Source: an uncultured Bacilli bacterium
GTDB lineage: Bacteria; Bacillota_I; Bacilli_A; RF39; UBA660
NCBI GenBank assembly: GCA_949745755.1
Contig: CATJZL010000065.1
Span: 1,185 to 65,184 of the forward strand
Length of the DNA: 64,000 nt
Reading direction: 5' to 3'
Position 1 is the stretch's first letter, and the number at the start of each line of letters is the position of its first letter. The notes beneath the pieces are model-generated. The model worked only from the letters and a program-made list of their open reading frames with translations. It was not told the origin of the DNA and ran no database searches. The position numbers were made by a program, and so were the translations under genes. This document shows positions 50,921 through 61,154 of the stretch, in pieces.

Positions 50921-51376
50921 ATGATCAAAATAATTTGTATAGGAAAAATAAAAGAAAAGTATTTAAGAGAAGCAATAGAAGACTATGTAAAACGTATAAA
51001 AAAATATACGAATTTTGAAATAATAGAATTAAAAGATGAAAACAATCAAGATATAAAAAAAGTAATCAAAGTAGAAGGAGAAAATATATTAAAATATGTA
51101 AATACAAAAGACTATATAATAACCCTTGAAGTAAAAGGAGAACAATTAAGCTCTGAAAAGTTTGCAGAAAAAATAACAAAAATTAATATAGATTATTCAA
51201 ACATATGCTTTATAATAGGAGGAAGTAATGGACTATCTGAAGATGTACTAAAGAAGAAAAAATTTTCCCTTTCTTTTTCCAAAATGACATTTCCTCATCA
51301 ACTATTTAGAGTCATTTTGTTAGAGCAAATATATAGAGCATATAAAATAAAAAATAATGAAACATATCATAAATAG
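50921..51376 (+). CDS. rlmH: 23S rRNA (pseudouridine1915-N3)-methyltransferase RlmH, of the SPOUT fold.
   Basis: A 151-aa ORF starting MIKIICIGKIKEKYLREAIEDYVKRI, with the C-terminal knot region GGSNGLS. Confidence 0.8.
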   Translation: MIKIICIGKIKEKYLREAIEDYVKRIKKYTNFEIIELKDENNQDIKKVIKVEGENILKYVNTKDYIITLEVKGEQLSSEKFAEKITKINIDYSNICFIIGGSNGLSEDVLKKKKFSLSFSKMTFPHQLFRVILLEQIYRAYKIKNNETYHK

Positions 51377-51385
51377 GAGGTAAGA

Positions 51386-52045
51386 ATGATAGGAAATAGC
51401 TGGGATAAATATTTAGAAGAAGAATATAATAAGGAGTATTTTAAAAACTTAATAAATTTTGTAAATGAAGAATATAAAGAAAAAACAATATATCCACCAA
51501 AAAATGAAATATTTAATGCCTTTCGTTATACACCTTATGAGAATTTAAAGGTTGTAATATTAGGACAAGATCCATATCATGGAGAAAATGAGGCAGAAGG
51601 ATTATCCTTTTCTGTAAAAAATAAAATAAAAAGACCACCCTCTTTACAAAATATTTTTAAAGAATTAGAAAGTGACCTAAATATAAAAATATCAAGTAAC
51701 AATTCACTTATCCCATGGGCAAAGCAAGGAATATTATTATTAAATTCAGTATTAACAGTAATAAAAGATCATCCAGCATCTCACCAAAAACAAGGATGGG
51801 AAACATTTACAGACAATGTAATAAAAATAATAAATGAAAAAGAAGAACCAGTAGTGTTTATACTTTGGGGAAGTTATGCAAGAAGTAAAAAGACTTTAAT
51901 AACCAATAAAAATCATTATATAATAGAATCAACCCACCCTTCTCCATTTTCAGCATATAATGGTTTCTTTGGTAGTAGACCCTTTTCCAAAACAAATGAT
52001 TATTTAAAAAGCAAAGGTATAGATGAAATAAATTGGGAAATATAA
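51386..52045 (+). CDS. ung: Uracil-DNA glycosylase, family 1.
   Basis: GQDPYH water-activating loop and HPSPFS leucine-loop motifs. Confidence 0.85.
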   Translation: MIGNSWDKYLEEEYNKEYFKNLINFVNEEYKEKTIYPPKNEIFNAFRYTPYENLKVVILGQDPYHGENEAEGLSFSVKNKIKRPPSLQNIFKELESDLNIKISSNNSLIPWAKQGILLLNSVLTVIKDHPASHQKQGWETFTDNVIKIINEKEEPVVFILWGSYARSKKTLITNKNHYIIESTHPSPFSAYNGFFGSRPFSKTNDYLKSKGIDEINWEI

Positions 52046-52053
52046 AATTATTT

Positions 52054-52075
52054 CCCGGGAAATAATTAAAAAGAA
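52054..52075. repeat. A 22-bp perfect palindrome, AATTATTTCCCGGGAAATAATT.
   Basis: Read directly from the sequence. A perfect copy lies at 17978..17999 inside dnaX, a one-mismatch copy at 20142..20163 and a half-copy at 17927..17942. Confidence 0.7.
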
Positions 52076-52078
52076 CTT

Positions 52079-52110
52079 GTCAAAAAAGATAAGTTCTTTT
52101 ATATATAATA
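52079..52110. terminator. Bidirectional intrinsic terminator between convergent ung and lemA.
   Basis: AAGAACUU-gucaaaaaagau-AAGUUCUU followed by UUUAU. An A-tract precedes it, so it can serve the opposite strand too. Confidence 0.5.
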
Positions 52111-52135
52111 AGAAATTTTTTATCGATCCCCAAAT

Positions 52136-52660
52136 CTATAAAGTACTCATAGAATCTTTGGAATACTCATCAAATTTTTTGTATCCACAAAATGACTTCA
52201 TTAAACGAGCTACAAATCCATCAAAAATTTTATTATACTCACAAACATTATCATTGTAATATTGAATAGAACCCTCAATATAACTTTTAACACCATTCAA
52301 CTCATCAATGAGTTGAACTAAATCTTTATTATGATTAAGTTCATCATCATCAATAATAATATCCCGTAACATAGAATTGTATTTATCAACTATTTGATAT
52401 GTCTCTTTACTATTCATATCCCCAAAATCAACTTTATCATAACCTTCAGAAAATTCTTCATCCTTAATATAATCTTTACTATTATCCAAGATATCAATAT
52501 TTTTAGTTAAACATTCACCAATACTTTCAAGAGCTACATCAATTTTATAAATAATACTTTTAGCTTGTCTCTTAAGCTTTAAAATAGAGAAAAGAAAAAA
52601 TAAAAGAACAAAAGAACAAATACCAACACTTATTAAAATTTTAATATCCAAAAAAAACAT
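52136..52660 (-). CDS. LemA-family membrane protein.
   Basis: A 174-aa ORF with an N-terminal TM helix. The C-terminal region IQYYNDNVCEYNKIFDGF parallels the LemA signature QYYNDxVxxYN..IxxFP. Confidence 0.5.
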   Translation of the reverse strand: MFFLDIKILISVGICSFVLLFFLFSILKLKRQAKSIIYKIDVALESIGECLTKNIDILDNSKDYIKDEEFSEGYDKVDFGDMNSKETYQIVDKYNSMLRDIIIDDDELNHNKDLVQLIDELNGVKSYIEGSIQYYNDNVCEYNKIFDGFVARLMKSFCGYKKFDEYSKDSMSTL

Positions 52661-52805
52661 CTCCCTACTTTTATTAATAAATTATAACAAAAAAAGAAAA
52701 AGGATACTAGTCCTATTTTCTTTTTTCTTATGTAAAAATGAATAAAAAGTTCCATAAAAAAGCATATCTTTAAAAATAAAAAATATGCTCATATATTGAA
52801 TAGAA

Positions 52806-53096
52806 TTATGTATCCAATATAATATAATCAATATATTTATTCCATAGCAAAACAGGTTTATTTGTAGTAGAATCCACAATAGTAGTATAATCTTTATTGG
52901 TATCCTGAATATTTCCTTTAAAAATAGTATCACGCCACTCATTTGAATTATTAAAAGTTAAATAAAAAGAAGCAGACTTTCCTACAAAAGGAGATAGCAT
53001 ATTATCATTATACATATCCTGCATTTGCCCTCCTCGTGAAGGTGTTACTCTTATATTACTACCTGGATAATTTGAATACATGTAATTATTATTCAT
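52806..53096 (-). CDS. gerQ: Spore coat protein GerQ (YwdL)-like.
   Basis: A 96-aa ORF. GKSASFYLTFNNSNEWRDTIFKGNIQ..YIDYIILDT parallels the GerQ conserved core GKTATIYMTFENSKEWGSKIFRGVL..YLDYITFD. It lies next to ung, as ywdL does in B. subtilis. Confidence 0.5.
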   Translation of the reverse strand: MNNNYMYSNYPGSNIRVTPSRGGQMQDMYNDNMLSPFVGKSASFYLTFNNSNEWRDTIFKGNIQDTNKDYTTIVDSTTNKPVLLWNKYIDYIILDT

Positions 53097-53123
53097 AAAA
53101 TCTTCCTTTCCTTATACACCATA

Positions 53124-53150
53124 AGTATATGTAAAAAAGGGAAGAATATT
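53124..53150 (-). promoter_or_regulatory. Candidate mother-cell (SigE or SigK type) promoter for gerQ.
   Basis: The minus strand reads AATATTC, a 13-nt spacer, then CATATACT, which resembles SigE -35 ATATT and -10 CATACA-T. It lies about 28 nt upstream of the gerQ ATG. Confidence 0.3.
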
Positions 53151-55113
53151 ACTCAATCCCTACTTCATTTAACTTTTCATCAAATACAGCCTGCGAAGTG
53201 GATGGTTCTGTTCCCTTAATAAAATACATAAGTTTTTTCTTATTAGCAGTCTCATCTACAATTTGTCCTGAAATAGGATCAACAAGTACAGCAGAAACAT
53301 TGTCAGGTTTATCATACCATTTATTTTCTTTTCCATCTTCGTAATTTTCAATACTTTTATACCAAATATTTTGAGCATAAAGAGCAACATTTGTAGGAAT
53401 TTCTTTATTATCATCATTGCCAAGCCATACAGAAGTTACAATGTCATTATTATAACCAATATACCATTCATCTGTATTAGTCGTACCACTTTTTAATGCA
53501 TAAGTATGTTTAAGTTTTGAAGCAAGACCTATAGCTGTAGGATAATTATAATCAATGTATAAAGGATCATAAGTAGCAGTAAGCATATTATTTAAAATGA
53601 AAACAATGCTAGAATTTAAAACTAAAGTTTTTTTGTTTTCAGCCTCATACAAAATATGTCCCTCAGAATCCTCTACTCTTTCGATAAGATGAGGAGTAAC
53701 TTTATATCCAAGATTAGCAAAAGAAGCATATCCTGCAGTCATCTCAGTCATTTTGATTTCATTCGTTCCTAGTGGTAATGAAGGAACATCATCAAAATTA
53801 GTAGTAATACCTACCCTTTTTGCCACATTAATAAGAGAATCACTTCCCAAAAATAAATTAGTTTTAACAGCATAAATATTATCAGAATAACTCACAGCTG
53901 CCGCCATACTAATAGCCTTATTTCCATATTTATCATTATAATTTTTAGGAGAATAATCATCTCTTTCAGAAAAAGTAAAAGTGGTCTTCTCACTTGTAAA
54001 AGAGCTACTAGTAGTAAAACCACTTTCAAGAGCAGCATAGTAAAGATAAGGTTTCATAGTAGAACCTACCTGCCTTCTAGCAGTGGTAGCACGGTTATAT
54101 TGAGATTGATTATAATCTCTTCCACCAATAAGAGCAACAATCCCTCCAGTATTTGGATTCATCATAACAGCAGCAACTTGTAATTCCTCCTCCTCAGCAA
54201 GTTGTTCATTGATATTCTTTTCAAGTTCCATTTGAGCAGCAACATCTAAATTAGTATAGATTTTAAGCCCCTTTGTTTCAGAATAATTTTTAGGGATACT
54301 AGTAATTTGATTCAATTCATCTAGAACCGCATCATGATAATACATAATAGTACTAGAGTCCCCTTCCTCTTTTTTACCATAAAATTCAAGTTTTTTATTA
54401 TAAGCACGATCAGCCTCTGCCTGTGAAATATAGTTATTTTTAACCATTAAATCAAGAATAATCTTTTGTCTTTTCTTTGCAATATCTAAATTGACAAGTG
54501 GAGAATAATTACTAGGAGATTTAGGTACACCAACTAAAATACTAGCTTCAGCAAGATCCAATTCTTTAGCAGGCTTATTAAAATAATACTTACTAGCATT
54601 TTCAATTCCATACATACCATGTCCATAATTAATGGTATTTAAGTACCCCTCCAATATCTCATTTTTACTATAATTAGCCTCTAATCTCAAAGTGTATAAA
54701 GCCTCATCCCATTTTCTCTTCCAAGTCTTATCAAAATCCAAAAATAAATTTTTTGCATATTGTTGTGAAATAGTAGAAGCACCCTGCTTAGTAGAACGAT
54801 TGACTATATTAATATAGAGTGCTTTTAAAATACGAAAAATATCAAAACCCTTATGATTATAAAAATTCTTATCTTCAGTAGAAATAGTAGCATGGATAAC
54901 ATTTTCACTAATATCAGAAAGACTTACCCATTCTTTATTATCGCTTCCTTGAAAAAAAACAGTTTTGCTACTATCATAAAGAACCAAATTGTTAGCAGAC
55001 TTGATCTCTAATTTAGGACTAAATTTAGCATAACAAAAAGCACCTACTAAAAGGAGTAAACCAAAAAAAGAGAAAACAAAAAATAAATTACGAATTCTTT
55101 TTAAATGCTTCAT
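53149..55113 (-). CDS. Class A penicillin-binding protein (GT51 transglycosylase plus transpeptidase).
   Basis: A 654-aa ORF with an N-terminal TM helix, the GT51 motifs EDKNFYNHKGFD and RKQGASTISQQ, and transpeptidase STMK and KSG motifs (STMKP, KSGT). Confidence 0.8.
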   Translation of the reverse strand: MKHLKRIRNLFFVFSFFGLLLLVGAFCYAKFSPKLEIKSANNLVLYDSSKTVFFQGSDNKEWVSLSDISENVIHATISTEDKNFYNHKGFDIFRILKALYINIVNRSTKQGASTISQQYAKNLFLDFDKTWKRKWDEALYTLRLEANYSKNEILEGYLNTINYGHGMYGIENASKYYFNKPAKELDLAEASILVGVPKSPSNYSPLVNLDIAKKRQKIILDLMVKNNYISQAEADRAYNKKLEFYGKKEEGDSSTIMYYHDAVLDELNQITSIPKNYSETKGLKIYTNLDVAAQMELEKNINEQLAEEEELQVAAVMMNPNTGGIVALIGGRDYNQSQYNRATTARRQVGSTMKPYLYYAALESGFTTSSSFTSEKTTFTFSERDDYSPKNYNDKYGNKAISMAAAVSYSDNIYAVKTNLFLGSDSLINVAKRVGITTNFDDVPSLPLGTNEIKMTEMTAGYASFANLGYKVTPHLIERVEDSEGHILYEAENKKTLVLNSSIVFILNNMLTATYDPLYIDYNYPTAIGLASKLKHTYALKSGTTNTDEWYIGYNNDIVTSVWLGNDDNKEIPTNVALYAQNIWYKSIENYEDGKENKWYDKPDNVSAVLVDPISGQIVDETANKKKLMYFIKGTEPSTSQAVFDEKLNEVGIE

Positions 55114-55233
55114 AAAGTATCACCTTCATAAGTAGTATGAAACAAAAATTTAGAAATATGTAATAGTTTCAAGAAAAACATGTTATAATCAAAACAGAAA
55201 AAATATTTTATCAAAAGTAAAGTAGGAATAAAA

Positions 55234-55602
55234 ATGAAACAGATAAAAATAAGAGCAAGCATTACTTCAAAAGAAACAAAAAGAATAGATAAAGTCGAAG
55301 CAACTTATGAAGAGAAAAAATATATTTACTACATAGAAAAAGACAAAGAAAAAACAGTAACCATATACAATTTGCAAAATGATACATTAGAAAGAGACAA
55401 CGAAGAAATGTATTTATATTTACCCTTTAAAACAAAAGAAGAAACCTTAGGCACAATGATAGTAAAAGATATAAATCAAGAAATAAAATTAGAAATATAT
55501 ACAAAAGAAATTTTGAAAAATAAAAAAGAAATAAAAATAAGATACACTTTAAATGATGAACAATATACCTATAGGTTAGAATATGGAGAAGAAAATACTT
55601 AA
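55234..55602 (+). CDS. DUF1934-family protein (YwiB-like).
   Basis: A 122-aa ORF predicted to be all-beta. The argS-proximal position matches ywiB-argS in B. subtilis. Confidence 0.45.
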   Translation: MKQIKIRASITSKETKRIDKVEATYEEKKYIYYIEKDKEKTVTIYNLQNDTLERDNEEMYLYLPFKTKEETLGTMIVKDINQEIKLEIYTKEILKNKKEIKIRYTLNDEQYTYRLEYGEENT

Positions 55603-55616
55603 AATGGAGAATAAAT

Positions 55617-56285
55617 ATGAAACTAGAGGATTTAAATAAAGAATATGATAAACTTCAATTAAAACATGGAGCAAAAGAACTAAACTCTATTTATAATGGT
55701 GGATGTGACAAAAATCCAGATATCTGCTTTGTATTTATGAACCCAACAGGTAAAATTTTAGCATCAAATAAAGAATGGATGGGTCCAAGATATCCATGGA
55801 TAGGGGTTAAAAATGTATGGGATTTATTCTATGCTATAAATTTATTAGATAAAGAAATATATGGGAAAATAAAAGAAATAAAAGGAAAAGAATGGACAGT
55901 AGAATTTTCAAAACAAGTATATGATAATGTAAAAAAGCACAAGTACTTTATCACAAATTTAGGAAAATGTACACAAATTGATGCAAGACCTCTGCCAGAT
56001 AGTGTGTATAAAGAATACTTAGAATTATTAGAAAAAGAGATAGAAATTATTGATCCAAAAGTTATAGTACTATTTGGAAATCAGGTAAGTAGTATTGTAA
56101 TAAATAAAAAAATAGCAGTATCCCAAGTTAGAAAACAAGTATTTGAAAAAAATATCAATGGAAAAAAGTATAAATGTTATGCAGTTTTTTATCCAATAGG
56201 CAATGGAAGATATAATATGAATAAATCAATAGAAGACATAAAATGGATACAACATAGTATAAAGATGGATATAAAAGAAAAATAA
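55617..56285 (+). CDS. Uracil-DNA glycosylase superfamily-like protein of uncertain family.
   Basis: A 222-aa ORF. The N-terminal ICFVFMNPTGK resembles the G(M/I)NPG motif of UDG families 2 and 3, and the overall length and beta-alpha pattern fit the UDG fold. The canonical HPS motif is not clear. Confidence 0.35.
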   Translation: MKLEDLNKEYDKLQLKHGAKELNSIYNGGCDKNPDICFVFMNPTGKILASNKEWMGPRYPWIGVKNVWDLFYAINLLDKEIYGKIKEIKGKEWTVEFSKQVYDNVKKHKYFITNLGKCTQIDARPLPDSVYKEYLELLEKEIEIIDPKVIVLFGNQVSSIVINKKIAVSQVRKQVFEKNINGKKYKCYAVFYPIGNGRYNMNKSIEDIKWIQHSIKMDIKEK

Positions 56286-56416
56286 TAATTTAAAATAATG
56301 ATATAAAGAAAATAGAAATTAAACTATATCCCCTACCCTTGGCAAAATAAAAATAGAATGATACAATAAAAAAAATTTCTAATAGACAAGAAAAAATAAA
56401 GAAAAAGGAGAAAAAT

Positions 56417-58162
56417 ATGAGTATATTAAAAGAGTTAAAATATTCCTTAAAAAGCATAATAAAAAATGCAGGATATGATGTAGAAGACATAATTTTTGCA
56501 ACTTCTTCAAGAAAAGATTTAGGAGATTATCAAATAAATGATGCAATGAGACTTTCGAAAATATATAATGAAAATCCAAGAGATATAGCAGAAAAAATAG
56601 TAAACATACTGAAAAAGGATCCTCGTTTTATTAATGTAAATATAGCAGGACCAGGCTTTATCAATCTAACACTAAGTCCTTATTTTTTACAGACAGCCTT
56701 AAATCAAATTTTAGATGATTTTAATCTAAATATAGATAAGGTACCGAAAAAAAACATATTTATGGATTATGGAGGAGCAAATGTTGCCAAAACACTTCAC
56801 GTAGGACACTTACGTTCTGCAAACATTGGAGAAGCTATAAAACGTTTAGCAAAATATTTAGGATTAGAAGTCATAAGTGATGTACACTTTGGAGATATTG
56901 GAAGACAATCAGGAATGGTAATATCTGAAATAAAAAAAAGATACCCTACTCTAGCCTATTTCGATGAAAACTACACAGGAAATTACGAAGAAATAGACTT
57001 TAATATAACAGAAGAAGAACTAGGAGAGATATATCCTATTGCATCGATTGCAGCTAAAGAAAATAAAGAAAGAATGGAAGAAGTCGTTGAAATTACAAAA
57101 GAGTTAGAAGAAGGAAATAAAGCCTATACAGCTCTATGGAACAAAATTAAAGATATCTCTATTTCAGATATAAAACAAGTTTATAAAGACATAAATGTAG
57201 TGTTTGATTTATACGAAGGAGAAACAGACTGCTATCCTTATATACCAGAAGTAATTGATTATTTAGAAAAGAACAACTATCTAAAAGAAAGCGAAGATGC
57301 TCAAATAATGGATGTAAAAGAAGAACAAGATACATCCCCAATGCCCCCACTTGTAGTCATTAAAAGAAATGGAGGTACTCTTTATGCTACACGTGATATA
57401 GCAACTATTTATTCAAGATTAAAAAGATTCGATATAAATGAAATATGGTATTTTGCAGATAATAGACAAGCCCTTTATTTTGAACAAATTTTTAGAGCCG
57501 TAAAAAAATCAAAGCTAGTACCAAAAGATTTAAAATTAGAATTTTTTGGTTTTGGAACTTTAAATGGAGAAGATAAAAAACCATTTAAAACAAGAGATGG
57601 AAACGTGATGAGCTTGAAGGAACTAATTAAAATATTAGAGGAAGAAACAACCAAAAGACTCAATAAAGACATGGTAGAAGAAGAAAAACAGCAGGAAACA
57701 GCAAAAAAAATAGCAATTGCTGCTTTAAAATATGCAGACTTAATTCCTTATAGAGAAACAGATTATGTTTTCTCACCTGAAAAATTCACAAGTCTAGATG
57801 GAAAAACAGGACCATTTCTATTATATTCTACAATCAGAATGAAGTCCCTTCTAGAAAAAGCAAGTATAAAAAAATATGCCTTAAAAAAATTCAAAAATGA
57901 AATAGATAGAGCCCCTGCCCTACTTTTACTAGATTTCCCACAAATACTTACAAATTGTTTAGAAGAAAAATCTCTCAATGAACTAACTGATTACATATAT
58001 AAGTTAACCAGTAGTTATAATACATTCTACAATGAAAATAAAATTATAGCTGAAACAGATGAAGATCTAAAAGAAAGTTGGATTGCCCTAACTCATTTAG
58101 TATACAAGACAAATATGGAAATTCTAAATATTTTAGGAATAAATGTTCCTGAAAAAATGTAA
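56417..58162 (+). CDS. argS: Arginyl-tRNA synthetase.
   Basis: A 581-aa ORF with a HIGH-type motif (AKTLHVGH), a C-terminal DALR anticodon-binding domain and an N-terminal Arg-tRNA synthetase N domain. Confidence 0.9.
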   Translation: MSILKELKYSLKSIIKNAGYDVEDIIFATSSRKDLGDYQINDAMRLSKIYNENPRDIAEKIVNILKKDPRFINVNIAGPGFINLTLSPYFLQTALNQILDDFNLNIDKVPKKNIFMDYGGANVAKTLHVGHLRSANIGEAIKRLAKYLGLEVISDVHFGDIGRQSGMVISEIKKRYPTLAYFDENYTGNYEEIDFNITEEELGEIYPIASIAAKENKERMEEVVEITKELEEGNKAYTALWNKIKDISISDIKQVYKDINVVFDLYEGETDCYPYIPEVIDYLEKNNYLKESEDAQIMDVKEEQDTSPMPPLVVIKRNGGTLYATRDIATIYSRLKRFDINEIWYFADNRQALYFEQIFRAVKKSKLVPKDLKLEFFGFGTLNGEDKKPFKTRDGNVMSLKELIKILEEETTKRLNKDMVEEEKQQETAKKIAIAALKYADLIPYRETDYVFSPEKFTSLDGKTGPFLLYSTIRMKSLLEKASIKKYALKKFKNEIDRAPALLLLDFPQILTNCLEEKSLNELTDYIYKLTSSYNTFYNENKIIAETDEDLKESWIALTHLVYKTNMEILNILGINVPEKM

Positions 58163-58277
58163 AAAAATATTGCATAAGAAATAAATGTATGGTATATATA
58201 TTCTCGTGTTGATTTATATAATATAAACAAGTTAGAAAGAGTAACATATAATGACTTGAACGGAGGATAAATAGATT

Positions 58278-58727
58278 ATGAAAATTAGTAAAATGAAAAA
58301 AGAAGATTTAGAATTATTATCCAATAAGGATATAACAAAATTAGTTCTAGAAGAAAGCAAAAAGCCAATGAACACAGCTGATTTATTTAAAAAAATAATA
58401 GAACTTTTAGAATTACCTGAATCAAGTTTTGAAAATAAAATAGGAGACTACTATACATCCTTATCAACAGATAAAAGATTTCTTCTTCTAGAAGATGGAT
58501 GTTGGGATTTAAAAAGCAATCATACATCAGATAAAGTTAAAAAAAATATAGATTCAATTGATGAAGAATATGATGAAGAAGAGGATGAACTACCAGAAGA
58601 AGATGATATATTAAATGAAGAAATAGAAGATGATTACTCAGATGATGATACAACTTATGAAGATACAACAGAAGATTTAAAAGATTTAGTAGTCTTAGAT
58701 GAAGATGATCTAGGTTTAGAAGAGTAA
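58278..58727 (+). CDS. rpoE: RNA polymerase delta subunit.
   Basis: A 149-aa ORF with an N-terminal HARE-HTH-like region (DITKLVLEESKKPMNTADLFKKI) followed by an Asp/Glu-rich tail of about 60 aa. The family is restricted to Bacilli, Erysipelotrichia and Mollicutes. Confidence 0.7.
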   Translation: MKISKMKKEDLELLSNKDITKLVLEESKKPMNTADLFKKIIELLELPESSFENKIGDYYTSLSTDKRFLLLEDGCWDLKSNHTSDKVKKNIDSIDEEYDEEEDELPEEDDILNEEIEDDYSDDDTTYEDTTEDLKDLVVLDEDDLGLEE

Positions 58728-58876
58728 ATAGAGAAAATACACTTAATTTTAGAATCATTCAAGTATGACAAAAAGATATGTAGAAAAAAGCAGAAGAGGA
58801 AAAGACAAATTGTTTAGAAGAAAAATACAAAACAGATTAGGAAAAATATATAGAACAAATTAAAAGGAACAAAAAC

Positions 58877-58906
58877 AACAATACTGAATAAGTATTGTTA
58901 TTTTTA
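58877..58906 (+). terminator. Intrinsic terminator after rpoE.
   Basis: AACAAUACU-gaaua-AGUAUUGUU followed by UUUUU. Confidence 0.5.
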
Positions 58907-59199
58907 TATAATAAGAAGAAAAAATAAAATGAACAGGATAATAGTTAACCTTCAAATAATGTTATTATTAAACATTAGATTTATTCAGATGGATAAATAA
59001 AAACAATGACTAAATTTTTAAAGTAGGAGTAGATTATTTTTGATTTTCTTAATGCATAGAAAACACTAGTATTTTTTTATATAGAAATTATGTTAAAAAC
59101 AATTTAATATATCTAAGAATTATGATATAAAAATATATAATTATTGAGGAGAAAAAAAGAATATGCTATAATAATAACAGCTAAAAAAGGAGAAATAAT

Positions 59200-60258
59200 A
59201 TGTTTGAACATTTAGAGCAAATAGAAAAAAGATATGTAGAAATAGAACAAGACCTTACAAAACAAGAAGTATTAAGTGATATAAAACAAACTAGAATATT
59301 ATCAAAAGAATTAAGCGAATTAGAAAGCGTAGTCAATTGTTATAGAGAATATAAAAAAGTCGAAAAAGAAATAACAGAAACAAAAGAAATGTTAAAAGAC
59401 AAAGATCTAGAAGATATAGCAAAAGAAGAATTAGTAACTTTAGAACCTAAAAAAGAAGAATTAGAAAGAAGATTAGAAATACTTTTAATCCCTAAAGACC
59501 CAAATGATAATAAAAATGTTATAGTAGAAATAAGGGGAGCAGCAGGAGGAGATGAAGCAAACATTTTTGCAGGAGATCTATTTAGAATGTATACAAGATA
59601 TGCTGAAAAAAAGGGATTTAAATACGATGTTTATAACGCAATAGAAGGAGATGCAGGGGGATTTAGTCAAATAGAGTTTATGATAAAAGGCGAGGGAGCC
59701 TATAGCAAATTTAAATATGAAAGTGGTTCCCATAGGGTACAAAGAGTTCCAGTAACAGAATCAAATGGACGCCTTCAAACCTCGACTGCAACAGTACTGG
59801 TTATGCCAGAAGCAGAAGAAGTAGATATTGAAATTAAACAATCAGACCTGAGAATAGACATTTATAGATCATCAGGTTGTGGAGGACAAGGAGTAAATAC
59901 AACAGACTCAGCAGTGAGAATTACGCATTTACCAACAAATACAGTAGTGACATGTCAAAATGAAAGAAGTCAAATTCAAAATAAAGAACAAGCTATGAAA
60001 GTATTAAAGACAAGATTATATGAATTAGAACTTGAAAAAAAGGAAAAAGAAGAAGGAAATGAAAGACGTAGCAAAATAGGAACAGGGGATAGGGCAGAAA
60101 AAATAAGAACCTATAACTATCCACAAAACAGAGTAACTGATCATAGAATAGGATATACAACAAAAAATCTTGATAGAGTAATAGATGGAGACCTAGATGA
60201 TATCATAGAAGCATTAATAACAGAAGATCAAGCCAGAAAATTAGCAGGAGAAAAATAA
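59200..60258 (+). CDS. prfA: Peptide chain release factor 1.
   Basis: PxT-region and GGQ motif ([12 protein letters not shown]). Confidence 0.95.
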   Translation: MFEHLEQIEKRYVEIEQDLTKQEVLSDIKQTRILSKELSELESVVNCYREYKKVEKEITETKEMLKDKDLEDIAKEELVTLEPKKEELERRLEILLIPKDPNDNKNVIVEIRGAAGGDEANIFAGDLFRMYTRYAEKKGFKYDVYNAIEGDAGGFSQIEFMIKGEGAYSKFKYESGSHRVQRVPVTESNGRLQTSTATVLVMPEAEEVDIEIKQSDLRIDIYRSSGCGGQGVNTTDSAVRITHLPTNTVVTCQNERSQIQNKEQAMKVLKTRLYELELEKKEKEEGNERRSKIGTGDRAEKIRTYNYPQNRVTDHRIGYTTKNLDRVIDGDLDDIIEALITEDQARKLAGEK

Positions 60259-61094
60259 TGACCGTAGAAAATCTTTTGGTTTACGCACAATCTAAAATAC
60301 ATAAAGATCATGCTCGAATTCTATTAGCGAATTTACTAAATTTAAATCCTTTAGAAATATTCCTACATCTAAATGATGAAGTAGAAAAAGAAAAACAAGA
60401 TATATATATAAAAGAAGTAGAAGCTCTAAAAAATAACAAACCTTTACAATATGTTTTAGGTTATACAAACTTTTATGGGAATAAATTAATAGTAAATGAA
60501 AACGTTTTAATACCAAGATTTGAAACAGAAGAATTAGTAGAAAATACTTTAAAATATATAGATAAATATTTTAATCAATCATTAGATATAATAGATTTAG
60601 GATGCGGAAGTGGCGCGATAGGATTAACATTAAAACAAAATATTACGAAAATAAAAACAAATATTACCCTTTTAGATATTTCAGAAGAAGCCTTAAAAGT
60701 AGCAAAAGAAAATGCGAAAAATCTAAATTTAGATGTAAATTTTATCAAAAATGACATGTTAGAAAATAGAAAAGAAAAATACGATATAGTAATAAGCAAT
60801 CCCCCTTATATAAGTGAGGAAGAAGAAATAGAACCAATAGTAAGAGAAAATGAACCACATTTAGCACTTTATGCCAAAGAAAAAGGTCTATATTTCTATA
60901 GAAAAATTTTAAGTAATATAAGTAAAAATTTAAAAAACCAATTTTTAATAGCTTTTGAAATAGGATGTACCCAAAAAGAAGAAATAATAAAAATAGCAAA
61001 TACTTATTTGAATAATATTCAAATAATTTGTCAAAAAGACTTACAAAATCGTGATAGAATGTTGTTTATTATCAGTAATTCCCTAATTAAGTAA
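60258..61094 (+). CDS. prmC: Release factor glutamine methyltransferase PrmC/HemK.
   Basis: SAM motif DLGCGSGAIG and NPPY. It is translationally coupled to prfA. Confidence 0.85.
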   Translation: MTVENLLVYAQSKIHKDHARILLANLLNLNPLEIFLHLNDEVEKEKQDIYIKEVEALKNNKPLQYVLGYTNFYGNKLIVNENVLIPRFETEELVENTLKYIDKYFNQSLDIIDLGCGSGAIGLTLKQNITKIKTNITLLDISEEALKVAKENAKNLNLDVNFIKNDMLENRKEKYDIVISNPPYISEEEEIEPIVRENEPHLALYAKEKGLYFYRKILSNISKNLKNQFLIAFEIGCTQKEEIIKIANTYLNNIQIICQKDLQNRDRMLFIISNSLIK

Positions 61095-61154
61095 TATTTT
61101 GTAATATCAAAAATGAATAAAGAACAAAAATAAATCCCTTTACCATAGTGAAGG

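Noticed and set aside
52077-52259. A 60-aa plus-strand ORF after ung.
   Set aside because: It starts inside the bidirectional terminator and runs antisense through the LemA C-terminus.
52682-52942. An 86-aa minus-strand ORF overlapping gerQ.
   Set aside because: It is an alternative frame over the gerQ coding region. Its translation is a hydrophobic low-complexity antisense-type artefact, whereas the gerQ frame carries conserved motifs.
58278-58727. The highly acidic C-terminal half of the 149-aa ORF, considered as a separate or spurious low-complexity gene.
   Set aside because: A structured N-terminal domain plus a poly-Asp/Glu tail is the defining architecture of the RNA polymerase delta subunit.
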